Assembly (NCBI GenBank): GCA_951406725.2
Contig: OX597821.1
Span: 114,390,001-114,454,000, forward strand
DNA length: 64,000 nt
Direction of reading: 5' to 3'
From: Octopus vulgaris
Taxonomy: Eukaryota
Position 1 is the stretch's first letter, and each line of letters begins with the position of its first letter. The translations under genes and the position numbers were made by a program. This document shows positions 13,931-24,700 of this stretch, piece by piece. The notes beneath the pieces were generated by a model that made no database searches, was not told the origin of the DNA, and saw only the letters and a program-made list of their open reading frames with translations.

Positions 13931-15047
13931 ATCATCATCATTTAACATCTGTTGTCCAGGCTGGCATGGGTTGGATGATTTGACCAGGGCTGGCAAGCTG
14001 GAAAGCTGCACCAGACCCCATATATACGTATGCGTCTGTGTGTGTGAGATCATCATCATCGTTCAACATCCATCTTGCATGCATGCATGGGTAGGACAGT
14101 TGACAGGAGCCAATCAAGTAGAAAATCTACCCAAAGCAGGGTTTTTATAGCTGGATGCCCTTCCTGACACCAACCACTCTGCAGAGTGGACTTAGTGCTT
14201 TTTATGTGGTACTAGCACAGGTGAAGTTAGTTTTGGCAAGATTTTTACAGCTGGATGCCTTTCCAGATGCCAACCACGTCACAGTGTGGACTGGATGCTT
14301 TTAACGTGGCACCAGTACTGGCAGAGTCACCAAGTAACTCACAAGGCAAGGAATTATGAGAGGGGCAGAGTATTTGAGGAGGGGAACTTGTGTCAGGGGA
14401 TGAAAGGTTAGAGTGTGACAGAGAGACAGAAGCAAGTGTCTTGCAGAGGTGGGCATCAGAGGAGGTGATCCAGTATCAAATGATGAAAGGTCTGAGTGTA
14501 ACAGAGAAATAGAGAGACAGAAATAGGCGTCTTGCTATAGAGGAGGCACGTAAATATAATTCCATAGATATACACTGGACAAACTATTATTAAGGAAATA
14601 TTTACACATTAATGCATAAAAGTGATTTAGAGAGGTGGGGAGAGAATGAGACAGACAGACGGACAGGCAGACAGACAGACTGACAAATGATATCCTGACA
14701 CTAAAGGTCAGAGGTTAACTACATTTGAATGCAATTTCTACAGAAAGGATGGATGCTAAACATTTTCACCTTTGACCTAATAACGGTTCAGATAATGTAG
14801 AGATAAAAAATTAAAACAGGAGTTGATATATATATATATTTGTGTGTTAAAACAGGTGTTTATATATATATATATATCATCATTTGACGTCTGTTTTCCA
14901 TGCTAGCATGGGTTGGGCGGTTTGACCGGTGTGTGTGTGTATGTGTTAAAATAAGTGTTTTTATATATATATATATATTTACATATATATTTATATATAC
15001 ATATATTTACACACACACACAGACTCATACATATATACACACATATA

Positions 15048-15105
<58 letters not shown>

Positions 15106-15149
15106 CACACAGACTCATACATATATACACACATATATGTGTGTTTGTG

Positions 15150-15188
<39 letters not shown>

Positions 15189-18100
15189 TTCATTTGTTCC
15201 AGTTGTTGGACTGTGGCCAAGCTGGGGCACAGCCTTGAAAGATTCTAGCAGACCAAATTGACCCCAGAACTCTTTTAAGTCTGGTACTTGTCCGGTCTGT
15301 CCCTTTTACCAAAGTTACTAAGCTATGAAGATGTAAACAAAAGATGTCCAATAGTGGTGGGAGACAAACACAAAGACACACATCTACTTCTATACACACA
15401 CATGCATGCATGTGTGTGTGTATATTAAGTATATACCATCAACATCATCATCGTCATCATTTCTATGTCCCCTTTCCATGCTAGCATAGTTTGAATGTTT
15501 GAACAGGATCCTAGAAGTCCAGTATCTACTTTGACATGGTTTCTACAGCCGGATGCCCTTCCTAATGCCAACCACATTCTTCAAATATATATATCTTTTA
15601 CACATCATCATCATCATTTCATGTCAATTATTCTATACTGGCATGTGTTAGATGGTTTGAAAGGATCCAAGGAGTAGCAGGACAGTGTTGACCTCCAGTG
15701 TCAGCTTCAACATGGTTTTCCACAACAGGATGCTCTTCTTAACACCAACTACTTTACAGTGTGTACCAAGCGCTTTTTTTTTTACACATTTAACACTTGT
15801 TACATTTACTATTCCCTTGCCGATCCCAGTGAAAAAGGAACATGTAGCAGGGGCAAGAGGCAGAGGGGACTAAGTATATGTTTTAATCTCATTTGTATCT
15901 CAGTTCAAATACAAGTGAAATGCATTACTTACTTTTGGAGGCTGAACAAATTCTTCTTGGCGGGTCTCCGTATAAAAAAGGTACCAGATAAGCACCCATA
16001 TGAAACCTAGGGAGCCAAAGGAATAAAACATCCATGGCCAATGTAAGTGGGGACAAACCTTGAAAATAAAAACAAAAAGAAAATGAGTTTAACCAACAAA
16101 TACCGAGAAATTCTTGTTACATTATAATCTAGAGTTTTTGTTCAACTTTAGTAGAGTAGCAGAACAAAACTTTCCAAGGCTTTTGCTTTGATCTTTTTTA
16201 CTACAAATACACACTAACATAACAGCAACAGAGAAGAATAAAGAGCACTGACATCACGGCAGCAGCATTAAATATATACAGCTGCTTAACCATTTTCCCA
16301 CTCCTCAAAATAAACCTCCAAGCACATTCTTAAAAACAATGTCTTTGAAACCCTTTCAAATCATGAAGACCAGCAGCTGGGTGCTTTTCCTCTTTTCAGG
16401 GGTCAGCATGCCAAGTCTCTCCAGCTCCTGTTGGGCTGCATGCATACAACCAGTCCATTCTTTAATGTTATCAGTTCATGAATGTCTTTGATGCCCTTCT
16501 GCTCTCTTCCCCTCCACACTTCCTGTCAGGATGGTCACTGGCAATGGTTCATGGCACATTGCATGTCCAAAATATGACCATTCTTTCGAATGGACCAAGT
16601 GTTCAAATGATAACTGAAACATATGAATTTTCTAGATTAACACTGACTATTTAAAGCTGGGGTTCTCAACCAGGGTTCATAGAATATTTTGTTGTTAAAA
16701 TTTATGTGTAATAAATTGGTCATACTTCTACATACACAAAATATTTTAATATTTTTTTTAATACAGTTCCTAATAATATTTAATTATAGAAATATAACAG
16801 GCTTTTTTAATCATTGACAGGCTAAGGGAATCCATCTGAGTAAAATAAGAATGAAAGGGGTCCATCATCATCATCATCATTTAACGTCCATTTTCCACAC
16901 TGGCATGGGTTGGACGGTTTGACTGAGCACCAGGCTCCAATCCGATCTGACAAGGTTTCTACAGCTGGATGCCCTTCCTAATGCAACCACTCCGAGAGTG
17001 AAGTGGGTGCTTTTTACGCGCCACCGGCACGGGGGCCAGTCAGAGGGTACTGGCATCAGCCATGTTTGGATGGTACTTTTTATGTGCCACCAAGTGAGCC
17101 AGTCAGGGGGTACTGGCATCGGCCTCATTTGGTTAGTGCTTTTTACGTGCCACTGGCACAGGAGCGAGTCAGGCAGACATAGGAGGAAAATGGTTGAGAA
17201 CCACAGATGTAGAGCAACACAACAGTATGTGTTCCTTTATTGCCTTCAATAAAAAAAATGTAAAGGTATAACAATATCGTTAGCCTTCATCATTCAAAAA
17301 GAAAATACAGAAAATAAATTGGAAATGCTTTAAATGACAAGCAAGACTTACAAGAGCAGCAACTGTTTGACCAATAGAACCACAGGCTACAAGATAAGCA
17401 AAAGCTCGAGATCTTTCTTCTACTGGTATAGTATGAGCAAATATATGAAAAACTGTTGGTAAACCTGTTAAAAAAATGTTTAAATGGGTAAGAAGAAGTT
17501 ACAATTTTTTAAGGTCAATGAAATATTACATTACAAAAATTTTATTTGATAATTATATAAAAAAGTATCCGGATCTATCTCATCATTGTCATCATTTTAG
17601 CAATCGTTTTCCCATGATTGTTTGGGTCGAGCAGTTTACAGAAGCAGATTTTTTACAACTGGATGTCCTTCCTGTCACCAACCCTCACCTGTTTCCCAGT
17701 AAGGTTATATTTCCCCATGACCAGTTATGCAATATTGGAAATGAATGACAGTGACACTCATTTACAATCATTATGCTGTGTCTAGTCACTCATGTACAAT
17801 GTACCCATGTAATTATAAATAATAAATTTCCAGAGAATGTATCTCATGTACAATTCCCATTAAGCTGTGCATGGCTGCACACACACACACATACTTGCAA
17901 TACAAAAGAAATTAATGAGTGCACAATAGATTAATATGCACACAAAACATTAGTTACCTAAAATAGCATAGTAATTAACAATTATCCTCATTATATTTAG
18001 TGTGCTCATACTTTTCTCATAGGAAAAAAAAATTGCACACAAGATTTTTTGCACACACTGACTACCAAAACCTAAAGGAACCATGTCTTGTATCCAATAT

Positions 18101-19072
18101 ACACCAGCGCTTCTCAAAGGTTTTTAGCTATCACCCTTTTCCTTTTACTCATACAATGCACCCATGGCAGTCCGGAGTTTCTTTCAGGTTTTGTCAACCA
18201 AATTCACTGACAAGACGTCAGTCGGCCAGAGGCTACAATCAGAAACAATTGCTCCAGCTAGTCCATGCTAACATTCCAATACAGAAAGTCTCTTTTTTTG
18301 TTTTCAAAAAAATATTTCATTTCAAGCTCTCTGGTAAAAAGAAACTGAAAGAAGCCCGTCATGTGTGCACATGTGTGTGTGTGTGTGTGACTGCACGGTT
18401 GTTTACATTTGCACTTCAAAAATCTTGAGCTACAAGCAGTATTATTGTTATTGTAATTTCTTCTGTCTATAAATCATCTGCTGCCTTCAGGATGTGTGAA
18501 ATAAAGGATCCCACATTTGAAAAACAAGTAAAGGTTAGTAACAGGAAAGGCACCTAGCTGTAAAACATTACCACAATAAGATAACCATCTAACCCATACT
18601 AGCAAGGAAAAACAGACATAAAACAAAATATCTTTGAAATGTTCCAATTTAATATTATTTAATACAAAGTCTTTGAGAACATAGTTGATAGAACAACAGA
18701 ATTTTTTTTCTTTAGACTTTAAACATTCCAATGGTCAGTTTGCTTGGACTGATGTTAAAGTTTACAAGCATTTGTCCAACACAAAAATGTTACACTGCAA
18801 TGAGAGAACCAAAAGCATAAACTGATAAGCAGCATTAAAATCGGCAACAATTCTTTAACAAGAATTCTTTAAAAAAACCATATTATGAAAAAATATTCTG
18901 AAGTATTCTGGAGTGGCCATGTGGTAAGTAGCTTGCTTACCAACCACATGGTTCCAGGTTCAGTCCCACTGCGTGGCATCTTGGGCAAGTGTCTCCCACT
19001 ATAGCCTCGAGCCGACCAAAGCCTTGTGAGTGGATTTGGTAGACGGAAACTGAAAGAAGCCCGTCGTATATA

Positions 19073-19119
<47 letters not shown>

Positions 19120-20930
19120 TTGTGTGTCTGTGTTTGTCCCCCTAGCATTGCTTGACAACTGATGCTGGTGTGTTTACGTCCCCGTAACTTAGCGGTTCGG
19201 CAAAAAAGACCGATAGAATAAGTACTGGGCTTACAAAGAATAAGTCCCGGGGTCGATTAGCTCGACTAAAGGCGGTGCTCCAGCATGGCCGCAGTCAAAT
19301 GACTGAAACAAGTAAAAGAGTAAAGAGTATCAAAAAAATGTCTGGAACAGAAATGAGTTTTCAAATCGAGGTGACCTCGTGCAGTTTAGATATAAAACAG
19401 TGGAACACGAATGAGAGATTGTCTTGTTATAATATTCATGTCTAACTATTAGCAAAGGTCAACAACCAAAATGATTTCAACTTCACACACAATAGCTGCC
19501 TGGGACAACAGTATAACTTTGATCAAATTTCTGGGTCAGATTCAACAGCTTCTATATTTTTTTTCATTTTCTGTTTTCTTTTTTTTTTTATCTCCTGTGC
19601 TGACCTACAAAACAAGTGACATCAGACAAAGATTATAGACTGACAATTCTGAAATGATCAGTCAGTTGGAAGTTAGAACAAAGATTCATCCTTTATCATA
19701 CTAAAGTACTAAAGCAACTCATTAGAATCCAGTCAATACCATCATCATCATCATCATCATCAACATTCATTTCTCCATGCTTGCATCATAGATTGGATAG
19801 AGTTTATTGAGACAGATTTTCAAAAGCTGGATGCCTTTCCTGCTGCCAACCTTTGCCTGTTTTCTAAGTGAGGAAATATATATATATATATATATATATC
19901 ACGTGATCACGTGACTGACCAGGCTATCAGATGTTGCTACACATCGCTGGTCACAATGCGCTTCGCATTGTTTTAGCCTTCAAATGACGCCACCCCGCTG
20001 GCTAAGCGAGCAGGCCAACAGAAGAAAGAGTGAGAGAAAGTTGTGGCGAAAGAGTACAGCAGGGATCACCACCACCCCCTGCCGGAGCCTTGTGGAGCTT
20101 TAGGTGTTTTTGCTCAATAAACACTCACTGGGAATCGAAACCGCGATCCTACGACTGCGAGTCCGCTGCCCTAACCACTGGGCCATTATGCCTCCACACA
20201 CACACACACGCACACACATATATATATATATATATACTCTTTACTCTTTTACTCTTTTACTTGTTTCAGTCATTTGACTGCGGCCATGCTGGAGCACCGC
20301 CTTTAGTCGAGCAAATCGACCCCGGGACTTATTCTTTGTAAGCCCAGTACTTATTCTATCGGTCTCTTTTGCCGAACCGCTAAGTGACGGGGACGTAAAC
20401 ACTCCAGCATCGGTTGTCAAGCAATGCTAGGGGAACAAACACAGACACACAAACACACACACACACACATATATATATACATATATACGACAGGCTTCTT
20501 TCAGTTTCCGTCTACCAAATCCACTCACAAGGCATAGGTCGGCCCGGGGCTATAGCAGAAGACACTTGCCCAAGATGCCACGCAGTGGGACTGAACCCGG
20601 AACCATGTGGTTGGTTAGCAAGCTACTTACCACACAGCCACTCCTGCGCCTATATATATATATATATTGTATATCTATATGTATATTCTTTTATTCTTTT
20701 ACTTGTTTCAGTCATTTGACTGCAGCCATACTGGAGCACTGCCTTTAGCCAAACGAATCGACCCAAGGACTTACTCTTTGTAAGCTTAGTACTTATTCTA
20801 TCAGTCTCTTTAGCCAAACTGCTAAGTTACAGATACATAAACACACCAGTGTCAGTTGTCAAACGATGGTGGGGGACAAACACAGAAACACAAATACATA
20901 CATATATATATATATATCATGATGATGATG

Positions 20931-20979
<49 letters not shown>

Positions 20980-21774
20980 GACAGGCTTCTTTCAGTTTCC
21001 GTCTACCAAATCCACTCACAAGGCTTTGGTCAGCCTCAGGCTATAGTTGAAGACACTTGCCCAAGATGCCACACAGTGGGACTGAACCTGGAACCATGTG
21101 GTTGGGAAGCCAGCTTCTTACCACACAGCCACTTCTATGCCTAATATCATTTATCTTCTTCTTGTTTCAGTTATTAAACTGTGGCCAAGCTGGAGCACCA
21201 TCTTGAAGAACTTTAGTCAAATGAATTACCCCAGTACTTTTTTTTTCTTTTCTTAAAGCCTGGTACTTTAATCAGTCTTTTTTTGCTGAACTGTTAAGTT
21301 ACAAGGATGTAAACACACCAACATCAAATTCCTGATGTGTGTGTGTGTGTATTGGTGCCACGTAAAGAAATCACCAGTGCTAGTGCCACATAAAAAGCAC
21401 CCTGTACACTTCCTAAAACGGTTGGTGTTAGGAAGGGCATCCAGCCACAGAGACCTTAACAAGACAGACAATTGGAGCCTGATGGAAGTTCTCTGGCTTG
21501 TCAGCTGTTAAAGTGCCCAACCCATGTCAGCATGGAAAAATAGATGCATGGTGATGATATATATATATATATATACATATATACATACATATATACATAC
21601 ATATCTACATACATACATACATACATATCTACATACATATCTACATACATACATACATATATACATACATATATACATACATATACACATACATATACAC
21701 ATACATATATACATACATATACATATATACATACATATACATATATACATACATATACATATATATACATATAT

Positions 21775-21813
<39 letters not shown>

Positions 21814-21829
21814 CATATATATACCTATA

Positions 21830-21868
<39 letters not shown>

Positions 21869-21928
21869 CATATATATACCTATATATGTTTTATATATAT
21901 ATATATATATATATACGTATATATATAT

Positions 21929-21967
<39 letters not shown>

Positions 21968-24233
21968 TAGATAATCTTTTATCTTTTACTTGTTTCAATA
22001 ATTCAATTGTGACCATGCTGGGGCACTGTCTTGAAAGTATGTATGAAACATTGCCAAGTATCTAAATATAACCAGTATAAAGCAGTAATTGCTGAAAGCA
22101 TTCAGTTTGTTGTTGTAAACATCAAAGTAATCAATATGACCCACGTGAACATGACAAAGTGGAGATTAAAACAACAGACCTTACAATTACACTTTCTACT
22201 TCGAAATTAAAATTTTCATAACAACACCCGTTTCACAAACACATCATCGCAATGAAATACCAAAAACGGAAATAATTTTGAAACAGTGGTTTTGCAGACA
22301 ACAACAGCCAGTCAAATTTGTTGTATAAATGTTAAAGTCTAAAGAGAAAAGAAAATTCTGTTGTTGAGTAGACTACATTCTGAAAGACTTTGTATTAAAG
22401 AATATGGAGAAAAAAATATTAAACTTGTAAAGCAATACATTGGAAAATATGAAAATGTAGAAATATTTTAAAATCAATTTACCTAACCCTTCACCTAATC
22501 CAAGAAGAACTCTGGATATCAAAAGAGCATTAATAGAATGAGCAAAAAATGGAACCATAAAGGTTGAAAGGGACCATAGAAAGACTGCCATTGCAAGAAC
22601 TGATTTTCCGCCATATTTTCGAGCTGCACTCCCGCCAATTACCTGAGGAGAAAGAAAAGAAGTTAGTAACATGACCATCATCATATGTCTACATCAACTT
22701 GACAAATATATATACATAGACAGGAATACATTCAGAATATGATAAGCCTTTCTATTATAGACACAAGGCCTGAAATTTTTGTGAGAAGGAGGCTTATTGA
22801 TTTCATTGCACCTTAGCACTTGACTGGTATTTCTTTCACCAACCCCTAAAGGATGAAAAGCAACATTGACCTCAGCAGGATTTGAACTCGGAATGTAAAG
22901 ATAAACAAAATGCATAACAGCATTCTGTTTTTTTCCCACAACATTAACTATGAAGAGAATTTCTCTCCCAAGATAATTTCCTCATCAAAAGGTCTTTCCA
23001 TGTTTAGTATACATATATTTTTTAATAATATATTATTATTATTAATATAGGGAAATTAATATCCAAACTCATCATAAAGATATACCCGTGTGAAAGAAAT
23101 TATTATATTAAAAATATATATAAATAAATAAATATAAAAATATAAATATAATGTATAAAATAAATTTGATAGTTTAAAAAATTTGAATTAATTATTTAAG
23201 CATCTTACAATCGTTTCGCAGAAGAGTTGTCCCTATAATGAAATCCTATATTGATAAGCATTTATAGACAACCCTTCTGCTCTTCAGAGATATAAAATAT
23301 GAATATTGTATAATATTAGTATACACAAATGTGTTAAATATAATTGTATGCAATAATTTTTAATTTTATACTGTTTACTGTGCTTCTGGTTATTGACAAA
23401 TTTACTAAAATAAATTCAGTATAACTGTCATTATGAACCCATGCATGCTGATCATCCGTTAAACTGACAATTTATAAGGGTATATAACAAATACTTGATA
23501 CAAGTTGTGATTTGTGTATGATCTGTGTCAAAGAATGAAACATGTACTTAATGCGTATGCAGTCTTTATCAAACAGATTTTAATGAAATTTTTTTCAGTT
23601 GTTATTTAGGTGAAAATAATAGTATCTGTGAATTTTCAGGCAATTTCATTCATGAGAACAGTGGTAGCTAAGAAGTGGTTTCACACTCTCAAAACCCTGA
23701 AACTCCGAAAACAGGGTTCCATAACCAGATGCAGTTTAAAGTTGTACCCTGTTATAAAGATATATAAATGTTTCTAATTTAGGTACATGTCCAGCAATTT
23801 TGAGGTGAGCAGGGTTAATCACTACCACCAACTCCAGTACTTGACTGGTACTTTATAAAGTTGACCCTGGCATGGTTTGAACTCGGAATGCAAAGCACAG
23901 GAACAAATCCTGCAAAGTAGTTTTTCCAAAACTCTAATGCTTCTGCCACCCTTATAAAGATGTAGAGTAAATGTAATTTCAGTCGCTGTTCTACATGCAA
24001 CAACAATGAGAAAGATTTCAAATCCTAAGAAATAAATTTTTCATTTCAATACTCACTTGACTGCTCATATATCCAACAGCAAATGAACTGAGCACCCATC
24101 CCTGATTGTGAAGATCCAGTTTGTACTGGTCGGCAATAGAGATGATAGCTATTGGCATGATCACACGGTCGGCAGAGTTGACAAAGTTCGCAATCGAACA
24201 TAATACAATAGTTTTAGATGCTTTAGTGACCAT
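6017..24233 (-). CDS. SLC17-family (anion:cation symporter, MFS) transporter, SLC17A9/PHT4-like; join(24057-24233,22483-22642,17352-17464,15933-16058,9067-9271,8007-8151,7132-7246,6017-6172), 398 aa
   Basis: Eight exons with GT..AG ends and matching phases give 1197 nt with no internal stop. ACS/SLC17 motifs: [10 protein letters not shown] (TM1), [24 protein letters not shown] (TM4), [52 protein letters not shown]. Exact orthology cannot be settled without a search. Confidence 0.93.
7132..7246 (-). CDS. SLC17-like coding exon 7 ([38 protein letters not shown]); absent from the ORF track
   Basis: Acceptor ttttcaacag|G; donor TTG|gtaagt; 115 nt, phase 2 to 0. Confidence 0.93.
7655..7879 (-). 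mobile_element. SINE family 2 in transporter intron 6 (other copies ~1996-2212, 3101-3312, 9310-9525, 22745-22950, 43900-44102)
   Basis: Reverse complement of the 53990 copy. Confidence 0.85.
8007..8151 (-). CDS. SLC17-like coding exon 6 (AGHFADSL...NLPLAV); alternative in-frame acceptor at 8145
   Basis: Tandem acceptors ttgcag|ttgcag|; donor CT|gtaagt (phase 2). Confidence 0.9.
9067..9271 (-). CDS. SLC17-like coding exon 5 (VNSTNVRW...MNSLLGV)
   Basis: Acceptor cttcatcag|GTA; donor GTTG|gtaagt; 205 nt; [18 protein letters not shown] motif. Confidence 0.93.
9872..11261 (+). pseudogene. RTE ORF remnant (RT + PHD finger + C-terminus), one in-frame TAA at 10419-10421
   Basis: ORFs 9789-10421 and 10584-11261 share a frame; the intervening sequence is open and encodes a C4HC3 finger. 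Confidence 0.9.
11334..11541 (+). repeat. ~97-bp tandem duplication in the LINE 3'UTR
   Basis: aaactctacttgtgaagacc...gtgccggtggcatgt begins at 11334 and again at 11432. Confidence 0.85.
11872..11946. repeat. Near-perfect palindrome (26-bp arms, 1-nt centre), outer left arm displaced to 9849-9871 by the LINE
   Basis: aattattcggtagccaagatgaaact-g-agtttcatcttggctaccaaataatt; gtcacatattatatttatagat is the reverse complement of 9849-9869 with 2 differences. Confidence 0.85.
12083..12861. repeat. Long inverted repeat (arms ~12083-12413 and ~12533-12861), probable foldback/MITE element
   Basis: For example gctacagagaaaaagctagcaaatgtgtactaatacagaaac and its exact reverse complement; complementarity runs along ~330 bp. 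Confidence 0.92.
12991..13081. repeat. Imperfect AT-rich hairpin
   Basis: gatttttcaaaataaattttatagaaggttt vs aaacctttctgtaaaatttatttttaaaaatcc. Confidence 0.65.
15933..16058 (-). CDS. SLC17-like coding exon 4 ([42 protein letters not shown]); absent from the ORF track
   Basis: Acceptor ttttcaag|GTT; donor AAA|gtaagt; 126 nt, phase 0 to 0. Confidence 0.92.
16440..16590 (-). mobile_element. Old RTE (BovB-like) LINE C-terminal fragment
   Basis: Translates as [43 protein letters not shown]. Confidence 0.7.
17352..17464 (-). CDS. SLC17-like coding exon 3 ([37 protein letters not shown]); absent from the ORF track
   Basis: Acceptor ttttttaacag|GT; donor CTT|gtaagt; 113 nt, phase 1 to 0; PxxER motif. 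Confidence 0.93.
18910..19328 (+). mobile_element. tRNA-derived SINE family 1 (internal TA/TG microsatellite), full length
   Basis: A-box-like tggccatgtgg, B-box-like ggttcagtccc, tail gaaacaagtaaaagagtaaagag. Confidence 0.9.
19898..20195 (-). mobile_element. SINE family 4 (tRNA-derived head)
   Basis: Minus head ggaggcataatggcccagtggttagggcagcggactcgcagtcgtaggatcgcggtttcgattccc. Confidence 0.75.
20235..21141 (-). mobile_element. Two tandem SINE family 1 copies (~20235-20651 and ~20689-21141)
   Basis: Reverse complements of the 18910-19328 copy. Confidence 0.9.
21556..21972. repeat. Compound (TA)/(TACA)/(TAGA) microsatellite
   Basis: Directly visible. Confidence 0.95.
22483..22642 (-). CDS. 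SLC17-like coding exon 2 ([13 protein letters not shown]...LGLGEGL)
   Basis: Acceptor ctcctcag|GTA; donor TTAG|gtaaat (phase 1); 160 nt. Confidence 0.93.
23201..23292 (-). ncRNA. Type I hammerhead ribozyme with intact core, sense to the transporter intron
   Basis: Minus strand: UAUCU-CUGAAGA-[14-bp stem II GCAGAAGGGUUGUC/GACAACUCUUCUGC]-GAAAC-GAUU-GUA-AGAUG; stems I, II and III all form. Confidence 0.8.
24057..24233 (-). CDS. SLC17-like coding exon 1 (MVTKASK...GYMSSQ); exon extends into 5'UTR to acceptor at 24390
   Basis: ATG at 24233; donor CAA|gtgagt (phase 0); upstream acceptor tgtttttcag|24390. Confidence 0.9.
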
Positions 24234-24356
24234 AATCCACAGCAGCTAGTGCCTGTTACACGGCTGGCACCGATGGAAGCTGGCCAAAAAATGAGACTCA
24301 GAAGAAGACTGTACAAACAGTAATGTTCTGAAATGGCAGAATCTGCCACTAGAGGG

Positions 24357-24386
24357 TCACCGTTTTTCCATTTTTGGTAATATCAT
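24357..24386 (-). promoter_or_regulatory. 9-codon upstream ORF (MILPKMEKR*) in the transporter 5'UTR, same frame as the main ATG
   Basis: ATG 24386, second ATG 24371, TGA 24359-24357; 153 nt upstream of the main ATG. Confidence 0.6.
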
Positions 24387-24665
24387 TTCTCTGAAAAACA
24401 AATAAATTATTTTAAATGTTTTATCAAAATAGTAACAAGAATTAAAATTCATAGCAAAATAATCATTTGTTATTTATAGATCGCTTCAAAATTTAACTTT
24501 TAAAAAACACTTTTACCACTGGAAATATATTTAAAAACTATTTTAAGGAAAATCAGAATTACTTTCTTGTTTTCAAATCTAACTTATAAACACATTCTCT
24601 AACAAGAAAACACTGACACAACTTTTTGTTATTCACTCTCCACCTTTATCTTTTTTTCTCTGCAT

Positions 24666-24700
24666 TTCTTCTGATGAAGGACTAGTGTCCAAAATCTCAT
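24666..24700 (+). ncRNA. Decayed hammerhead-like motif
   Basis: CUGAUGAA-GGA-CUAGUG-UCC-AAAA; GAAA core lost, consistent with CpG decay of CCGAAA. Confidence 0.35.

Noticed and set aside
23540-23670. Possible GIY-YIG ORF end (EKNFIKI) upstream of the intact hammerhead
   Set aside because: Too short and frameshifted to support without an alignment
6017-24233. Horizontal transfer from plants or algae because of the PHT4-like look
   Set aside because: Seven canonical introns and a family widespread in animals; nothing in the sequence supports transfer
24161-24349. 62-aa ORF overlapping exon 1 in another frame
   Set aside because: Starts at GTG, has no ATG, and has an in-frame stop just after the acceptor
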